Below, one piece after another: positions 1-16,151 of a stretch of 64,000 nucleotides of DNA (positions are counted from its first letter, which is position 1; each line of letters begins with the position of its first letter). A program made the position numbers and the translations under genes. The notes below the pieces were generated by a model. It was not told where the DNA came from. It was given only the letters and a program-made list of their open reading frames with translations, and did not search any database. The stretch is from Octopus vulgaris (lineage: Eukaryota). The stretch lies in NCBI GenBank assembly GCA_951406725.2, contig OX597827.1, positions 64,728,001-64,792,000 of the forward strand, written 5' to 3'.

Positions 1-177
1 GATGAGCTTTAGAGATTCATATATCAGAGCTATAAATACCGAATAGTAGGATAAAGTATGGAAACGCTTACGCAGCAAATGACGCGAGTAGATGGTCGGT
101 GTTGCGACTTGAATTATGACTTGGGAGGTAATAGCTACCTATCCATTTACCCAAGGCCCTCGCTTTTCTATCTACTT

Positions 178-2225
<2,048 letters not shown>

Positions 2226-2632
2226 ATTATAACTATCTATATGTCTATTAATCTGTCAATCTATTCATCTTTATGTATCATATACTCTTAACCCCATAAA
2301 CTGATATTAATTACATAAAACTTTTAATTACCCTTTTAATGGCTTTGATATACATCACATAAGAATTTAATATCTTATACACCAGAAACGATAGCATTAC
2401 CCTTACTGACAAATAGTTTGTCCTTTCAATCATGAATTGTATGTTATATTGGATTGACTAATTATGTCGATATATCGAGAAAAATATCAGAAAATAAACA
2501 GTGAATATATTTTATGAAGAACGTATAAAAAATGAGAAAGTGACAAAGTTGTGTACAGAGCACACCAATATATTTTTTACTTTCATCTTGTGGTTGTTTC
2601 AATCGTTATGCTGCGGCCTTACTCTTTATTCT

Positions 2633-3659
2633 TTTATCTTTACTCTTTAAACTCTTTTACTTGTTTCAGTCATTTGACTGCGGCCATGCTGCAGCACCGT
2701 CTTTTGTCGAGCAAATCGACCCCCAGGACTTATTCTTTGTAAGCCTAGTACTTATTGTATCGGTGTCTTTTGCCGAACCACTAAGTTAGGAAGACACAAA
2801 CACACCAGCATCGTTTGTCAAGCGATGTTAGGGGGACAAACACACACATATACATATAAATATACATATATACGACGGGCTTCTTTCAGTTTCCGTCTAC
2901 CAAATCCACTCACAAGGCTTTGGTCGGCCCGAGGCTATACTCTTTACTCTCTCTCTTTTACTCTTTTGCTTGTTTCAGTCATTTGACTGCGGCCATGCTG
3001 CAGCACCGCCTTTAGTCGCGCAAATCGACCCCCAGGACTTATTCTTTGTAAGCTTAGTACTTATTCTATCGGTCTCTTTAGCGAAACCGCTAAGTTACAG
3101 GGACATAAACACACCAGCATCGTTTGTCAAGCGATGTTAGGAGGACAAACACACACATATACATATAAATATACATATATACGACGGGCTTCTTTCAGTT
3201 TCCGTCTACCAAATTCACTCACAAGGCTTTGGTCGGCCCGAGGCTATACTCTTTACTCTCTCTCTTTTACTCTTTTGCTTGTTTCAGTCATTTGACTGCG
3301 GCCATGCTGCAGCACCGTCTTTTGTCGAGCAAATCGACCCCCAGGACTTATTCTTTGTAAGCCTAGTCCTTATTCTAACGGTCTCTTTAGCCGAACCGCT
3401 AGGTTACGGGGACATAAAAACACTACCATTGGTTGTCAAGCGATGTTGAGGGGTGCAAACGCAGACACACAAACACACACATATATATACATCTACATAT
3501 ATACGACGGACTTCTTTCAGTTTCCGTCTACCAAATCCACTCACAAGGCTTTGGTCGGCCCGAAAGTAGAAGTAGAAGACACTTGCCAAAGGTGCTGCGC
3601 AGTGGAACTGAACCCGGAACCATGTGGTTGGTAAGCAAGTTACTTACCACACAGCCACC
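2633..3659 (-). mobile_element. SINE family A: one full copy plus two head-less copies in tandem (~309 bp period)
   Basis: GTTTCAGTCATTTGAC recurs at ~2663, 2972, 3281. The tRNA-like head (minus strand TGGCTGTGTGG...GGTTCAGTTCC) is present only at ~3590-3659. Confidence 0.9.
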
Positions 3660-4769
3660 TTCAAGAATTTTGGTCGAACCTATCAACCTCAGTAGTTATC
3701 GTTTTAATCCTGACGCTTATTCCGTCTGCTAACTTACAGGAACGTAAACACACCAACACCGGTTTTCAGGTATTCCTGGGGTCAAATTCAGATGCAAAGA
3801 CAAACGCACATACACATACATATGTGTGTTTGCATGTGTGTATGTGTGTGTGCGAGTGTACTTTGTGTCTGTGTTTGTTGGGGTCAAATACAGATGCAAT
3901 GACACATACATATATATGTCAGTGTGTGTGTGTTTTTTTATACATGTTTGGCCCTACCACTGCTTGATAACCGGTGTTAGTGTGTTTACAACCTCATTGG
4001 TTGACTGCATACACGCACACATCATACATACACATATACATCGGGCTTCTTTTACTTTCCGCCTACCAAATTTCTCTCACAAGGTTTTGATCGGCCGGAG
4101 GTTCTAGTAGAAGACACTTGTTCAAGCTCCCACACAATGAGACAAAATCCGGGGCCATGCGCATGTGCAACACTGCTTACTACACGGCTCGCCTTCGCTT
4201 GTATTATAATATATTAAACAATATTGAAGAATATAATGATATATTAATCAATATTATACGAGAAATATATCGTAATATGGTAGAATAAATAAAAATATGA
4301 ATATGAAATGTCTAATGATATTATGAAAATGATAATAAAATTTAAATAATTTCATATTACTATCCATCGATTTTTGGATTTATAAATTTCATTGATTTTT
4401 TTTTGTCGCTAATCTACTTTGCTGGTGGTGTATAGCATTAAGCCACTTTTATTGATGCGATACGGTGCGTGGAGCGCTGTTTGAAGCTAATATGTTTTAA
4501 TACATGCTAATGGGTTTCTTGGATATAGTTAAGGGGTATGCTGAGTGTATGCAGAGCAAAACAAGAGTTTTAGGTGCAAATCAGACGGAGGATGTAAACA
4601 AAGTATTCATTGAAGCAATAAAACATCAGTAATAACACAATGTAATTTTGTTGTATTTTGGGAGAGTCATCACGTTAATAATAAATACACGCACTGGTGC
4701 TTTGATGACCTTCCCAATGTACAAGAAAATATGTTTTGACATACGCGTACACATAATTCTTTCTGCTAT

Positions 4770-5190
4770 AAGTCCAAGGACTGGCGTTTGGGGGATGAGC
4801 GGACTAGTCTATTACATCGTCCCCTATACTTGGGAGGTTCTTATTTTACCAACCTGTAATGAAGAAATACAAAATCGATCTCGGATAAATTTGAATTCAG
4901 AACATAAAGGTGGAAGAAATGCCACCGAAGGATTTTGAAACGCGTGCTAACAATTCTTATTTCTTTACTACCCACAAGGGGCTAAACACACAGAGGACGA
5001 ACAAGGACAGACAAGGGATTAAGTCGAGTACATCGACCCCAGTGCGTAACTGATACTTAATTTATCGACCCCGAAAGGATGAAAAGCAAAGTCGACCTCG
5101 GCGGTATTTGAACTCAGAACGTAGCAGCAGATGAAATACCGCTAAGCATTTCGCCCGGCGTGCTAACGTTTCTGCCACCTCACCACCTTT
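4770..5190 (-). mobile_element. SINE family B: diverged copy abutting a younger copy
   Basis: 4957-5190 matches the B consensus (CCCACAAGGGGCTAAAC...CGACCCCGAAAGGATGAAA...GCTAACGTTTCTGCC). Confidence 0.85.
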
Positions 5191-5207
5191 GAAATGTATT
5201 TAGCTAT

Positions 5208-5425
5208 TACTCTTTTACTCTTTTACTTGTTTCAGTCATTTGACTGCGGCCATGCTGAAGCACCGCCTTTAGTCGAGCAAATCGACCCCGGGACTTATTC
5301 TTTGTAAGCCCAGTACTTATTCTATCGGTTTCTTTTTGCCGAATCGCTAAGTGACGGGGACGTAAACACACCAGCATCGGTTGTCAAGCAATGCTAGGGG
5401 AACAAACACAGACACACAAACACAC

Positions 5426-5507
<82 letters not shown>

Positions 5508-5669
5508 GACAGGCTTCTTTCAGTTTCCGTCTACCAAATCCACTCAGAAGGCATTGGTCGGCCCGGGGCTATAGCAGAAGACACTTGCCCAAGATGCCAC
5601 GCAGTGGACTGAACCCGGAACCATGAGGTTGGTTAGCAACCTACTTACCACACAGCCACTCCTGCGCCT
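5208..5669 (-). mobile_element. SINE family A, full length, with expanded internal (TA)n
   Basis: Head AGGCGCAGGAGTGGCTGTGTGG (A box) and GGTTCAGTCC (B box) on minus; short-repeat tail (GAGTAAAA)n. Confidence 0.92.
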
Positions 5670-5832
5670 ATATTTCACAAAAAATAAAAAGAATACTGCT
5701 AGAAACAAAAAAGAAAAGTGGAAAAACCAACGACTGTCCGTGTTCATCTGCTCTTTATTTTTTTCTGTTTTTCAGTCACGATCGAGAAAACCTCTGGCCA
5801 AAAATACTTCAATCTTTATCACCCCATACATC

Positions 5833-6270
5833 TTGTTTCACTCAGTGGAAAGCGGTCATGCTGAGACATAAGTTTGAAGGGTTTAGTCCAACAAATCGAC
5901 CCTAGTACTTATAGAGTTAGCTGGTTCTTTCTATCGCTGTCTGTGCCGATCCACTAAGGTAGGGGACGTAAATAAATGGACACCGGTTGTCGAAGGATGG
6001 TGGGGTACAAACACAAAGACATACAAACACTTATACATGTATGTTATTATTTACGTTTTGAGACGTAAAAGAATTCGTCTTTAACAACGAAACTCGAAGT
6101 AGATAAAGCTATAAATAACAGCATGTACATAAACGATAGGTTGCTCCTACAGAGTTTCTGTCTACCAAATCGAGTCACATGGGCTTTGGTCGGCCAGGGG
6201 CTATACTAGTAAACACTTGTCCAATGGGCCGCGCAGTGGAATTAAACTCGCAATTACAAGATTGCAAAGT
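5833..6270 (-). mobile_element. SINE family A, old diverged copy
   Basis: Colinear degenerate matches (AAATCGACCCTAGTACTT, TCTACCAAAT, GCTTTGGTCGGCC, CACTTGTCCAA). Confidence 0.7.
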
Positions 6271-7331
6271 GAACTTTTTTTTTCGTTCAGTCATAATGTA
6301 CTTTATAATAGCTTTCAATGTGTTTTCATTTCTAAGACAGTGCAGTTAGACTTGATAATTAAACGCTATTTGCATCCAGATCAAGCGACCACGAACGAGC
6401 AGTATATTTTATGGGGGATTAGGCAGATGTGGCTCAAAGTTAGTAGATTAAGAGATATAGAGATCATTACGAGGAGGGATGAAAAATCCCTGGATTTAAG
6501 TAAAAGAAAATAAAAGGAATAATAGGGGTTAGCCATATTTATATGACGAATATACGTCACAAAATACAAGGATATCAGTTAATTATGATATTATTCATCA
6601 TATTTCCCTCTCAGATTCACACACATATTGCAGCTCGGTCCTTCGGTTTTTCTAAGCCCTGTAAAAGAACACGGAAGGTTAGGTTTCCAACCAGGCATTT
6701 CGCGACAACCTCAAAGCCAAGAACTTTTCAGCACTTCCTCGTATATATCTCCCGATAAATAAGAGACAGAAAGAGAGAGAAAACACAATTCAGAGATGAG
6801 AAAGAGTTTTGAGCATCAAGGGGGAATAATAAAATGAATTGTTGCCTGTTGTATAGCAGATGATGATCAGAAATGCGATTCTGGATGTGAATACCATTAA
6901 TATTACAAATAGAAATGAGGCGTTGATGTATTTTCAATTAGTAGTTGATAAATTGCCGCAAATCACTTATGAAGGGCAGAACGGAATAAAACATGTCGCC
7001 TTTAGCGAGTTAATAAATAATAAAATATGCATCTCTCTCTCTCTTTCTCTTTCTCTTCCCCACCTCTCTCTCTCTCTCTGTGTCTATCTGAATTCTGAAT
7101 GTCAGTGTATATAACCATGCGAACTTTATTGTAGCCTCAGCTCTTCTTAAATATTAGTAATGATACAAACTGATATTTATATACGTTATTCATTGACAGG
7201 CTGTTTAGCTCCGTTAACTAACGACCGGTCATTGTTTGCACGATACAGAGGTATGTTGAAAGTATTCTCAACTAATCGTCATGTATGAATGGGTTTGTAG
7301 AACGACTACAGAAAAACGCTGCTGTACTGTT

Positions 7332-7375
<44 letters not shown>

Positions 7376-7574
7376 GACAGACCGAGAGAAATAGAGAGGG
7401 AGATACTAAAAGAGACGGACAGACAGATACACAGATAATTCGATATAGAGACAAACAGAAAATTAGAAAAATAATTAATTGTGATATTTCTCGTGATTTG
7501 CCTTGAACAAGCTGCGTATATCCACTTTCAGAGACATAGCTTGTATCTAGAATTCACTAAAACCATATTCATTA

Positions 7575-7805
7575 TGGCGGCGAGCTGGCAGAAACGTTAG
7601 CTCGCCGGGTGAATGCGTAGCCGTATTTCGTCTGTCGTTACGTTGTGAGTTCAAATTCCGCCGAGGTCGACTTTGCCTTTCATCCATTCGGGGTCGATAA
7701 ATTAAGTAGCAGTTACGCACTGGGGTCGATGTAATCAACTTAATCTCTTTCTCTGTCCTTGTTTGTCCCCTCTGTGTTTAGCCCCCTGTGGGTAGTAAAG
7801 AAATA
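7575..7805 (+). mobile_element. SINE family B, full length
   Basis: GGCGGCGAGCTGGCAGAAACGTTAGC head, GAGTTCAAATTCC B-box-like motif, CCTTTCATCC.TTCGGGGTCGATAAA core (Meta-domain-like, from memory), tail GTGGGTAGTAAAGAAATA. CATATTCATTAT occurs on both flanks (TSD). Confidence 0.92.
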
Positions 7806-8069
7806 CATATTCATTATGATGATCTTCCTGTGTTATATTTCGGATTCTTGTTGAGAAAGTCCTTCATGAATTTGGAAAACAACTCAGGCGTCTTGGAAAA
7901 GGGTAGAGTATGATTTTGTGGTGGAATCGGAAAATCTTTCTATTACATATAGTTTCATATATTCCGTTATTTCTTGCCGCTTTGGTTAATTATCAACTTG
8001 TAAAAAACAAACGAAACAAAAAACAAAAACAACCTACCCGATATTGTAATGAGCAAGTTATTTTATGAT

Positions 8070-8694
8070 ATTGGTTTCTAATTTTGGTACTAATCCAGCA
8101 ATTTTGACCCCCTGTGTTTAACTGGTACTTATATTATCGACCCCGAAAGGACGAAACACAAAGGCGACATAAGTAGAATTTGAACTCAAAAGGTAAAAAC
8201 GTACGAAATGCCGTTAAGTATTTTTCTCATCCGTCTAACGATTCTTATTTCTTTATTGCTCACAAGGGACTAAACATAGAGGGGACAAACAAGGATAGAC
8301 AAAGGGATTAAGTCGATTATATCGACCCCAGTGCGTAACTGGTACTTAAATTATCGACCCCGAAAGGAGGAAAAGCAAAGTCGACCTCGGCGGAATTTGA
8401 ACTCAACGTAACGACAGACGAAATACGGCTACGCATTTCGCCCGGCGTGCTAACGTTTCTTATTTCTTTATTGCCCACAAGGGGCTAAACATAGAGGGGA
8501 CAAACAAGGACAGACAAAAGGATTAAGTCGATTAAATCAACCCTAGTGCGTAACTGGTACTTAGTTTATCGACCCCGAAAGGATGAAAGGCAAAGTCGAC
8601 CTCGGCGGAATTTGAACTCAGAACATAACGGCAGACGAAATACCGCTGAGCACTTCGCCTCGGCGTGCTAACGTTTCTGCCAGCTTGCCGCCTT
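8070..8694 (-). mobile_element. SINE family B array (one old plus two young copies head-to-tail)
   Basis: Three repeats of TATCGACCCCGAAAGGA at ~8136, 8352, 8567. Confidence 0.9.
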
Positions 8695-9827
8695 ATCGTG
8701 ATGTCTGATATAATGTGTTGCTTAAAATATGTCATATAGTTGCTACTGACTGAACTCGGAATCAACCCTGTCAGGTTAGGAATATATTGAGAGACTCCCT
8801 TTTTCCATATATCCAAATGTACACTGTCCAATACGACATTCGTCTTTTATTTTTTAAACAGTAGCGTATGATTAGAAGCGAAGTTAGCAGAAAGTATTAG
8901 TTATGTGCCATTTATATGCTCTACAGCGTTCTATTTTTCTATCGTTTAATCTATCTCTACTAATCTGTCTTTTATCGTAAATTGGTGATTATTGTCAAGC
9001 GTTCATGGATTAAATATAATTTCACAAATAGATTCCTAAGACTATCCATGCTGCACATTAATGTATCACATCAATGATGCCAACGGCAGACACATTTGTA
9101 TTCCGGCCAGAAATAACTGCTATAGATGCCATTCATAATATATGCAACCATTGTAATCATATGACACCATCGCAACTGCATCACTAACATTATCAATTTC
9201 ACCTGCTTATCAATTATCAAATTCAGTAGAGCTATGCTGGCGATTTCCTCTACAAAGTTGTCAACTATCTGGTTATCGTAAATCGTTATTCAAAGTAGCT
9301 TATTGTTCAGATATTATTCAACGGTACAAATAGACTTCGAATTATTCTTCGCCACGAATTGCTACTTTGGGCATTCTTGGTAAATTCGCTTCAGTGTGAG
9401 GCCCGAGTTCACTAACACGTGGATTTTTTTTTTAAAAGAACAGAGCTGTATGATGCTAGCTTTCATCATGAAAAATCTGTCCTCATGTTAGCTGGCGTAC
9501 GGGACTGCATAACACAAAACGAAAGCACGGCTCATTTGTTACAACGTGTCATTCGTCAGAGTTGAAATACATCAGACAGGGCACCAAGCTCTCACTAGAG
9601 ATAAGTATTAGCGAAATCAATGCAAGATTTTAATCTAACACTACTTGGAAAATATCTAGATGTAGGTGCATGAAGAGCTCTATGGCTGGGCAATGCCTTG
9701 TGTGTGAATCAAGCGGACGGAAACAGAGTGGATTCTGTCATCACCTTTTCGTTTTCTCTTTCTCTCTTTTTACCTCTCTCTCTGCATATACACACAAGCA
9801 CGCAAACACACACATGCACAAAATGAC

Positions 9828-10265
9828 TGCTTATTTCAGCCATTAGACTGTGACCATGCTGGGGCGTCACCTTCAGGAATTTTAGTTAAGCAGATCAAAC
9901 GCAGGACTTATTTTCTTAAACGCTATCAGTCTTGTTTGCAGAAGTGCTAAGTTACATAAATGATATAAACATACTAACACCGGTTGTCAAACAGTGGTGG
10001 GAGACAAGTATACACCTCACATACACATACACACACACATACACACATACACACACATATTTATAAGACGGGCTTCTATCAGTTTCCATCTACCAAATCA
10101 GCTCACAAGAATTTTGTCGACCCGTGGCTTAGTAGAATACACTTGTCCAAGGTATCACATGGCTATAGTAGAAGACACTTGCCCGAGGTGCCATGCAGTG
10201 GGACTGAACCCGGAACCATGTGGTTGGTAAGCAAGTTACTTACCACACAGCCACTCCTACGCCTA
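9828..10265 (-). mobile_element. SINE family A: diverged body joined to a young head
   Basis: Head 10160-10265 is near consensus; TAGTAGAA.ACACTTG.CC is duplicated at ~10130 and ~10166. Confidence 0.85.
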
Positions 10266-10753
10266 TATTAGATAAGATTTTAAACCTTTTCTATATATTA
10301 ATATATTTCTTTTAATTTTGGCTTTCTTATAAACATTTCCTGTAAATTTTTCTTTATGTACCTAAGTTACAATTACATGTCGCAGTATACTAGTGTCTAA
10401 ATTACATAGCTTACAGCTGACCTGATAGACCAAAACCGGGTAAAAATTCGTGGAGCATTTTGTTGTATTTTGGGAGCGTCATTACGCCAATAATTAACAC
10501 ACGCACTGGTGCTTTGATGACCTTCCCAAGGTACAAGAAAATATGTTTTGACACACGCGTACACATCAAAAATCTTGCTAGCCAAATCCAAAGTCGTAAT
10601 TCTTTCTGCTATTAGTACAAGTGCTGGCGTTTGGGGGATGAGCGGACTAGTCGATTACATCGTCCCCTATACTTATATAACAAATATAAACTATCTAGGA
10701 CTAACTGTTAATTCTAATTCATTAGACAACAAATTGAAATTACAATACGAACA

Positions 10754-10890
10754 TAGGCGCAGGCCTGACTATGTGGTAAGAAAATTTACTTCCCAACTAC
10801 ATGGTTACGGTTCAGTTCCATTGCGTGGCACCTTGGACAAGTGTCATCTACTATAGCCTCGGCTGACCGAAGTCTCATGAGTGAATTTGG
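10754..10890 (+). mobile_element. SINE family A head fragment
   Basis: AGGCGCAGGCCTGACTATGTGGTAAG...GGTTCAGTTCCATTGCGTGGCACCTTGG. Confidence 0.8.
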
Positions 10891-11666
10891 TACCCTTGTT
10901 TTCGTTTTGTGTTATGCAGCCATTAACTGTTTTGATATACTATGTAATATGTTGGAGTAACATATATATATCTATAACATGAATTCAATATAATGTTATC
11001 TAGTATTCTTTTCATCGTAACACTGTATGCGTTTACTTTAGAATTCTCCGTGTTTCGCAGTGTTGGTTAAAATGCATTTCTTATTTAAGGAATATATAAC
11101 TGATTGATTCACCGAAATTATTGCTTACTTATTTTATTTATTGATTATCGCATTAATTGTTTGATTGAAAAAAAACCCCACAAAAAACAAAAAAAACAAA
11201 AAATAAACTTATGAATTCTGGATGTGTTCGGTGTAAGTATGTGTGTGCATTTAATATATGTTTTTTACGAAACGAAAATATAAACATTTAAGTGACAAGA
11301 GGGGGGAAAAAAAAGCCGTGTTCTACTTAGCTGTATAGAATAAAAGTATTATATTAGAAACAACAGAATATGTCCTTTTAGAATATAAACATAACTTAAA
11401 AAGAAGCGAATAATTTGCGAAAAAAAAAAAAATCTGTGTTGTTTAAAGAAACAATAAATGGTAAAAGATGAGTATCATTGGAAAAAGACTTTGGAAAACA
11501 AAAAAAGAAAAAGCTTTAAAAACAACCATGCAAAAACAACATGGGGATACTGAAAGATGCGTCAAATCAAGAGTTGCTCTTATAGATTAATCAATGAACA
11601 GATGAATATATACATATACACATACATACATACATACATACATACATACATACATACATACATACA

Positions 11667-11699
<33 letters not shown>

Positions 11700-11723
11700 G
11701 TATATATAATATATATATATATG

Positions 11724-11787
<64 letters not shown>

Positions 11788-11909
11788 ATATTTATACACA
11801 CACACATATATTTATATATCTATGCATTTGAATATATGTAAAGAGATGTATATATATATATATATAGACATAGACACTTGCACATATGCATATGTATATA
11901 TGGACCTCC

Positions 11910-11977
<68 letters not shown>

Positions 11978-11982
11978 GTATA

Positions 11983-12019
<37 letters not shown>

Positions 12020-12679
12020 GTGTGTGTGTGTATAAGTATAAAGAGATGTATACATACTAAATTCATATATGTATATATAAGTGCATTTTTTCATATATTT
12101 ATTTATGTATCTATTCTTTCTCTCTCTCTCTCCCACATACGAAACGCGCGCACACACACGCACACATACACACAAGAAGGAATTTCTAGGTAATCGATTC
12201 TCAAGGGAAATATATTGTATATTCGTGAAACCAAATGACATAAGAAAAACAAAACAATAAGGAAAATAACAACAGCAACAACAAGAACAACAACTAAACT
12301 ACGACAACAACGAGGAGAATAAAAAAAAAACAAAGGCAACAAACGAAAATGAACGTCTGCCGGATATAGTACGAAACCTAACCAAAGAAAAAACAATTAG
12401 AAGTATTTCTAATGATTTCAATAAAGCAAAATCGAAGAATAATGTCACTATATAATAAATATATTCTTCAATACTTTTCCAATTTCTTGATTCTCCTCTT
12501 GGACATCTTAATAATTCTTATTAATCATCATCAATATTATCGATGTTAAGTTGTTGTTTTATATATCGACACTTAAGAAAAATATTAGAAAGTTACAATA
12601 AACATTAAATCACTTTCTTGCAACATCAATCTGGGTGTCTTCTGCATTTTATTATATATATCTATATCAATATCTATAG

Positions 12680-12950
<271 letters not shown>

Positions 12951-13205
12951 TATATATATATATATAGACATAGACACTTGCACATATGCATATGTATATA
13001 TGGACCTCCGTATGTATATATGTATATAATATAATACTTTTATTCTATACAGTTATATATATATAAATAAAATTTATATAAATAAGATTAAGATCGTTAA
13101 TTTAAATATCGATCTTATCAAGTAGCCAACATGGGAAAAACCGTCAAAGGTAATAATTATAACTAAAATTATAATTTAGGGTATCTAAGAGATACTTTGA
13201 AAATA

Positions 13206-13242
<37 letters not shown>

Positions 13243-13687
13243 TATAAAAAATGGAACAAAAACGCAATAGAGGACAATAAAACATCCGGGACAGATAGAA
13301 GATACAAAGGCGGACAGGAAAAAAACAACAAGTAGAGGGACAGGAAAAAAATCATTCGTGGCTTTCTTTCGTTGGTCAAGTTACCAGATGTTTTTACAGT
13401 TTCGTGCAGTTAAACTTGAGACTGTTAGATCTGGTTCCCCGCTTCCCACCAAAGTCTCAGCTAAGAGCATTAAAGTTTTTTTTAAAGAAAGCAGAATGAG
13501 TTTGCCAAATGAAAATGAATCAAAAAGTGGTTCTATAGAAGGGGACTGCAGTGCGTCATATGCGTGTAGGGTGCATTTAAGATTTATAGTCTTCATGACG
13601 GAGTGGTTTGGCCTATAGAATATGTACCACACCTAAAAGTAAACAAATACTAGGATCGATTCGTTCGACTAAAAATTCTTCAAGGCG

Positions 13688-14081
13688 TATTGAGAGCTGG
13701 CTGCGACCACCGTGGGTCAGTGAGCCGTGTGACAATGCTGTATTTACCCTGCAAGTTGTGAAATCTGTGTTTTTGTGTATACTGTAGTCTGCGATTTTTG
13801 TAATGGACAGGAATTTGGAACAAAAAAGCAACGTGAAATTTTGCGCTAAACTTGGGAAGTCTGCAACAGAGACATTGAGTATACTTCGAAAAACCTACAG
13901 CGCTGAGGCAATGGGTTGTACGCGATGTTTCACGTGACACAGGGTCTTCAAAGCGCACGACAGGGTCGCAGCTGAATCAAGAACATGCTGATCATGTTTT
14001 TGACATCTGCAGTAGTTTCCATTAATAATTCGACCCCCAGGAACAGACCATCAATCGAGAGTTCTACAGCGACGTTTTGAA
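13688..14081 (+). pseudogene. Mariner transposase remnant, internally deleted
   Basis: From 13803: MDRNLEQKSNVKFCAKLGKSATETLSILRKTYSAEAMGCTRCFT*HRVFK (N-terminal HTH), joined to IKNMLIMF/DI...PQEQTINREFYSDVLK (early catalytic region); stops and a frameshift. Confidence 0.85.
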
Positions 14082-14523
14082 GCATTGCCACAGTCTAATG
14101 GCTGAAACAGGTAAAAGATAAAAAGCAATACAATATTGCTGGGAGGCATAACGCATCGTCTTATTTAACACAATCACCTTGTACTTTTGTGTTTTTAGTA
14201 GTTCAATGGTAGGCTTGATATTTCGTCTTCTTCCCTATAATTATCTGGCAACAATGTGACATCTCTTGGGTAAGTTTTGCGATTTTCAACCTGCTTTAAT
14301 ACATTACTTAGCTCTGAAACCTACATATACTTATGCCTCCAGTCAAGATATAATTGTCTACGAAAATCAAAAATCCATTATCTAATAAAGCTAGAAATAA
14401 AATCTCCATAAATTGAAACATCACTATAGTAAATAGAAAAAAGGAACACCTTATCACAAAATGCTGGCCATTATACACGTTATCTGCTACAAAATACGGA
14501 ATACTGAGAGAATACCTTTCTCA

Positions 14524-14572
<49 letters not shown>

Positions 14573-14574
14573 GC

Positions 14575-14945
14575 TTAGGCGTGGCTGTGTGGTATGAAGC
14601 TTGCTTCCCAACCACATGGTTCCATGTTCAGTCCCACTGCGTGCTAACTTGAACATGTGTCTTCTACTATAGCATCGGGTAGACTGAAGCCTTGTGAGTG
14701 GATTTGGCAGACGGAAACTGAATGAAGCCCGTCGTATGTAATTATATATATATATATATATATGTGTATATTTGTGTGTGTGTTTGTGTTTGACCCTCAA
14801 CATCACTTTGTTTACGTCCTAGAAAACTAACGGTTTGGTGAAAGAAACTGGTAGAATAAGCACGAGGAATGCAGTCCTGGGTTCGATTTCTTCGACTAAA
14901 GATAGTGCAGCAGCATCACTGCAGTCAAATGACTGAAACAAGTAA
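14575..14945 (+). mobile_element. SINE family A
   Basis: GGCGTGGCTGTGTGGTATGAAGC head through GCAGTCAAATGACTGAAACAAGTAA tail. Confidence 0.88.
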
Positions 14946-14989
14946 TATAATACACACACACGCGCACACACAAAAAAAAAATATATAAA

Positions 14990-15670
14990 TCAGGTCATCC
15001 CATATGTTCTGTCCGAATTTTGCATAAAGGAAGCAAGTGATCAAATGTTATATTTAATCGAGATTTAATAATCAATGTACTTTCCCTGACTATCTATGAC
15101 TTCCTTCCGTCTATTTACAAGATTTTTTATCCCATCAATGTAAAACGCTTTTGGTTTCAAAGAGAAGAACTCTGAAATGTCAGTCTCGATCTCCTCCTGG
15201 CTTGCGAAAGTTATATCCCTCAAATGATTCTGTAAACTACGAAACAAATGGTAATCTGAAGGAGTAAGGTCGGGAGAATAAGCTGGATGAGCAATTTTTT
15301 CCCAAGCAAACTCATTGATCTTCTGTGATGTGATCTTTGGAATGTGGGGTCACGCATTGTCCTGATGAAACATCAGTTTTTTTCGATTCATTAAAGCTGG
15401 TGTTTTTTCTTCAAATCTTGGTTCAAACGCTCTAATTGCTGACTGTAGACTTAAGTATTGATTGTTGCATTAAGTGGTAACAATTCAAAGTGAATTACTC
15501 CTTTGCAATCACAGCGAATAGAGAGAAGAAACCTTTTCCCATGAAGTTCCCTTCTCGGTTGTGGTTGAGCATTTTCCCTTTTACCAAGCCACTGTTTACG
15601 ACGTTTAACATTTCGGTAGAAGATCCATTTTTCATCACTACTCACAAGTCTATCCAAAAAGGGTGAAATG
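14990..15670 (-). mobile_element. 5'-truncated mariner (DD34D) element with 3' TIR
   Basis: FLDRLVSSDEKWIFY...QWL...ELHGKR...KGVIHFELL, FHQDNA*PH, HPAYSPDLTPSDYHLFRSLQNHL...GKYIDY*. TIR-like TCAGGTCATCCCATATGTTCTGTCCGAATTT at 14990-15020. Confidence 0.93.
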
Positions 15671-16151
15671 AATGGCCGCATCTCTTTCATGTTCAAACCA
15701 ATTTTGTATTTTTTGTCCTTATGAAATCGACAAAATAAATTCAAGGCACATAATTGCCTTCAGTATAACCGCCAAAAACCATGGGAGGCAGGCTAAGAAA
15801 TGAACTTGAAATATCCTTTAACCTCACAGTTCTTATTCCTCATTATAAAAATAGAATTTGTAGCCTAATGACGAAATCTGTGAAACAGTATTTATGCATT
15901 TGCTTAGTTCTAAATCAGCCCCTATCACACAGTTAATGATTAAAAAAGGTAACCAGCTTATGTTCCCTGTTTTACAGATACAATATATATGTGGCTTTAT
16001 AGATTTCTTGGATCTAGTTTGGATTCTTTGCCATCAAATTTGCATTCTTTGAAATCAAATTTTAATTTTTCAATTGGCGCTCAAGCCTTGAAAAAAGAAA
16101 GAGTTAAACTACATCAGCCGTAAGGGAATACATGTCTATCTTATCTAACTC

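Noticed and set aside
3433-3732. Recurrent ORFs such as '...RRHLPKVPRSGTEPGTMWLVSKLLTTQP' and 'RPRKDERQSRPRRNLNS'
   Set aside because: Antisense translations of SINE A and B copies, not genes.
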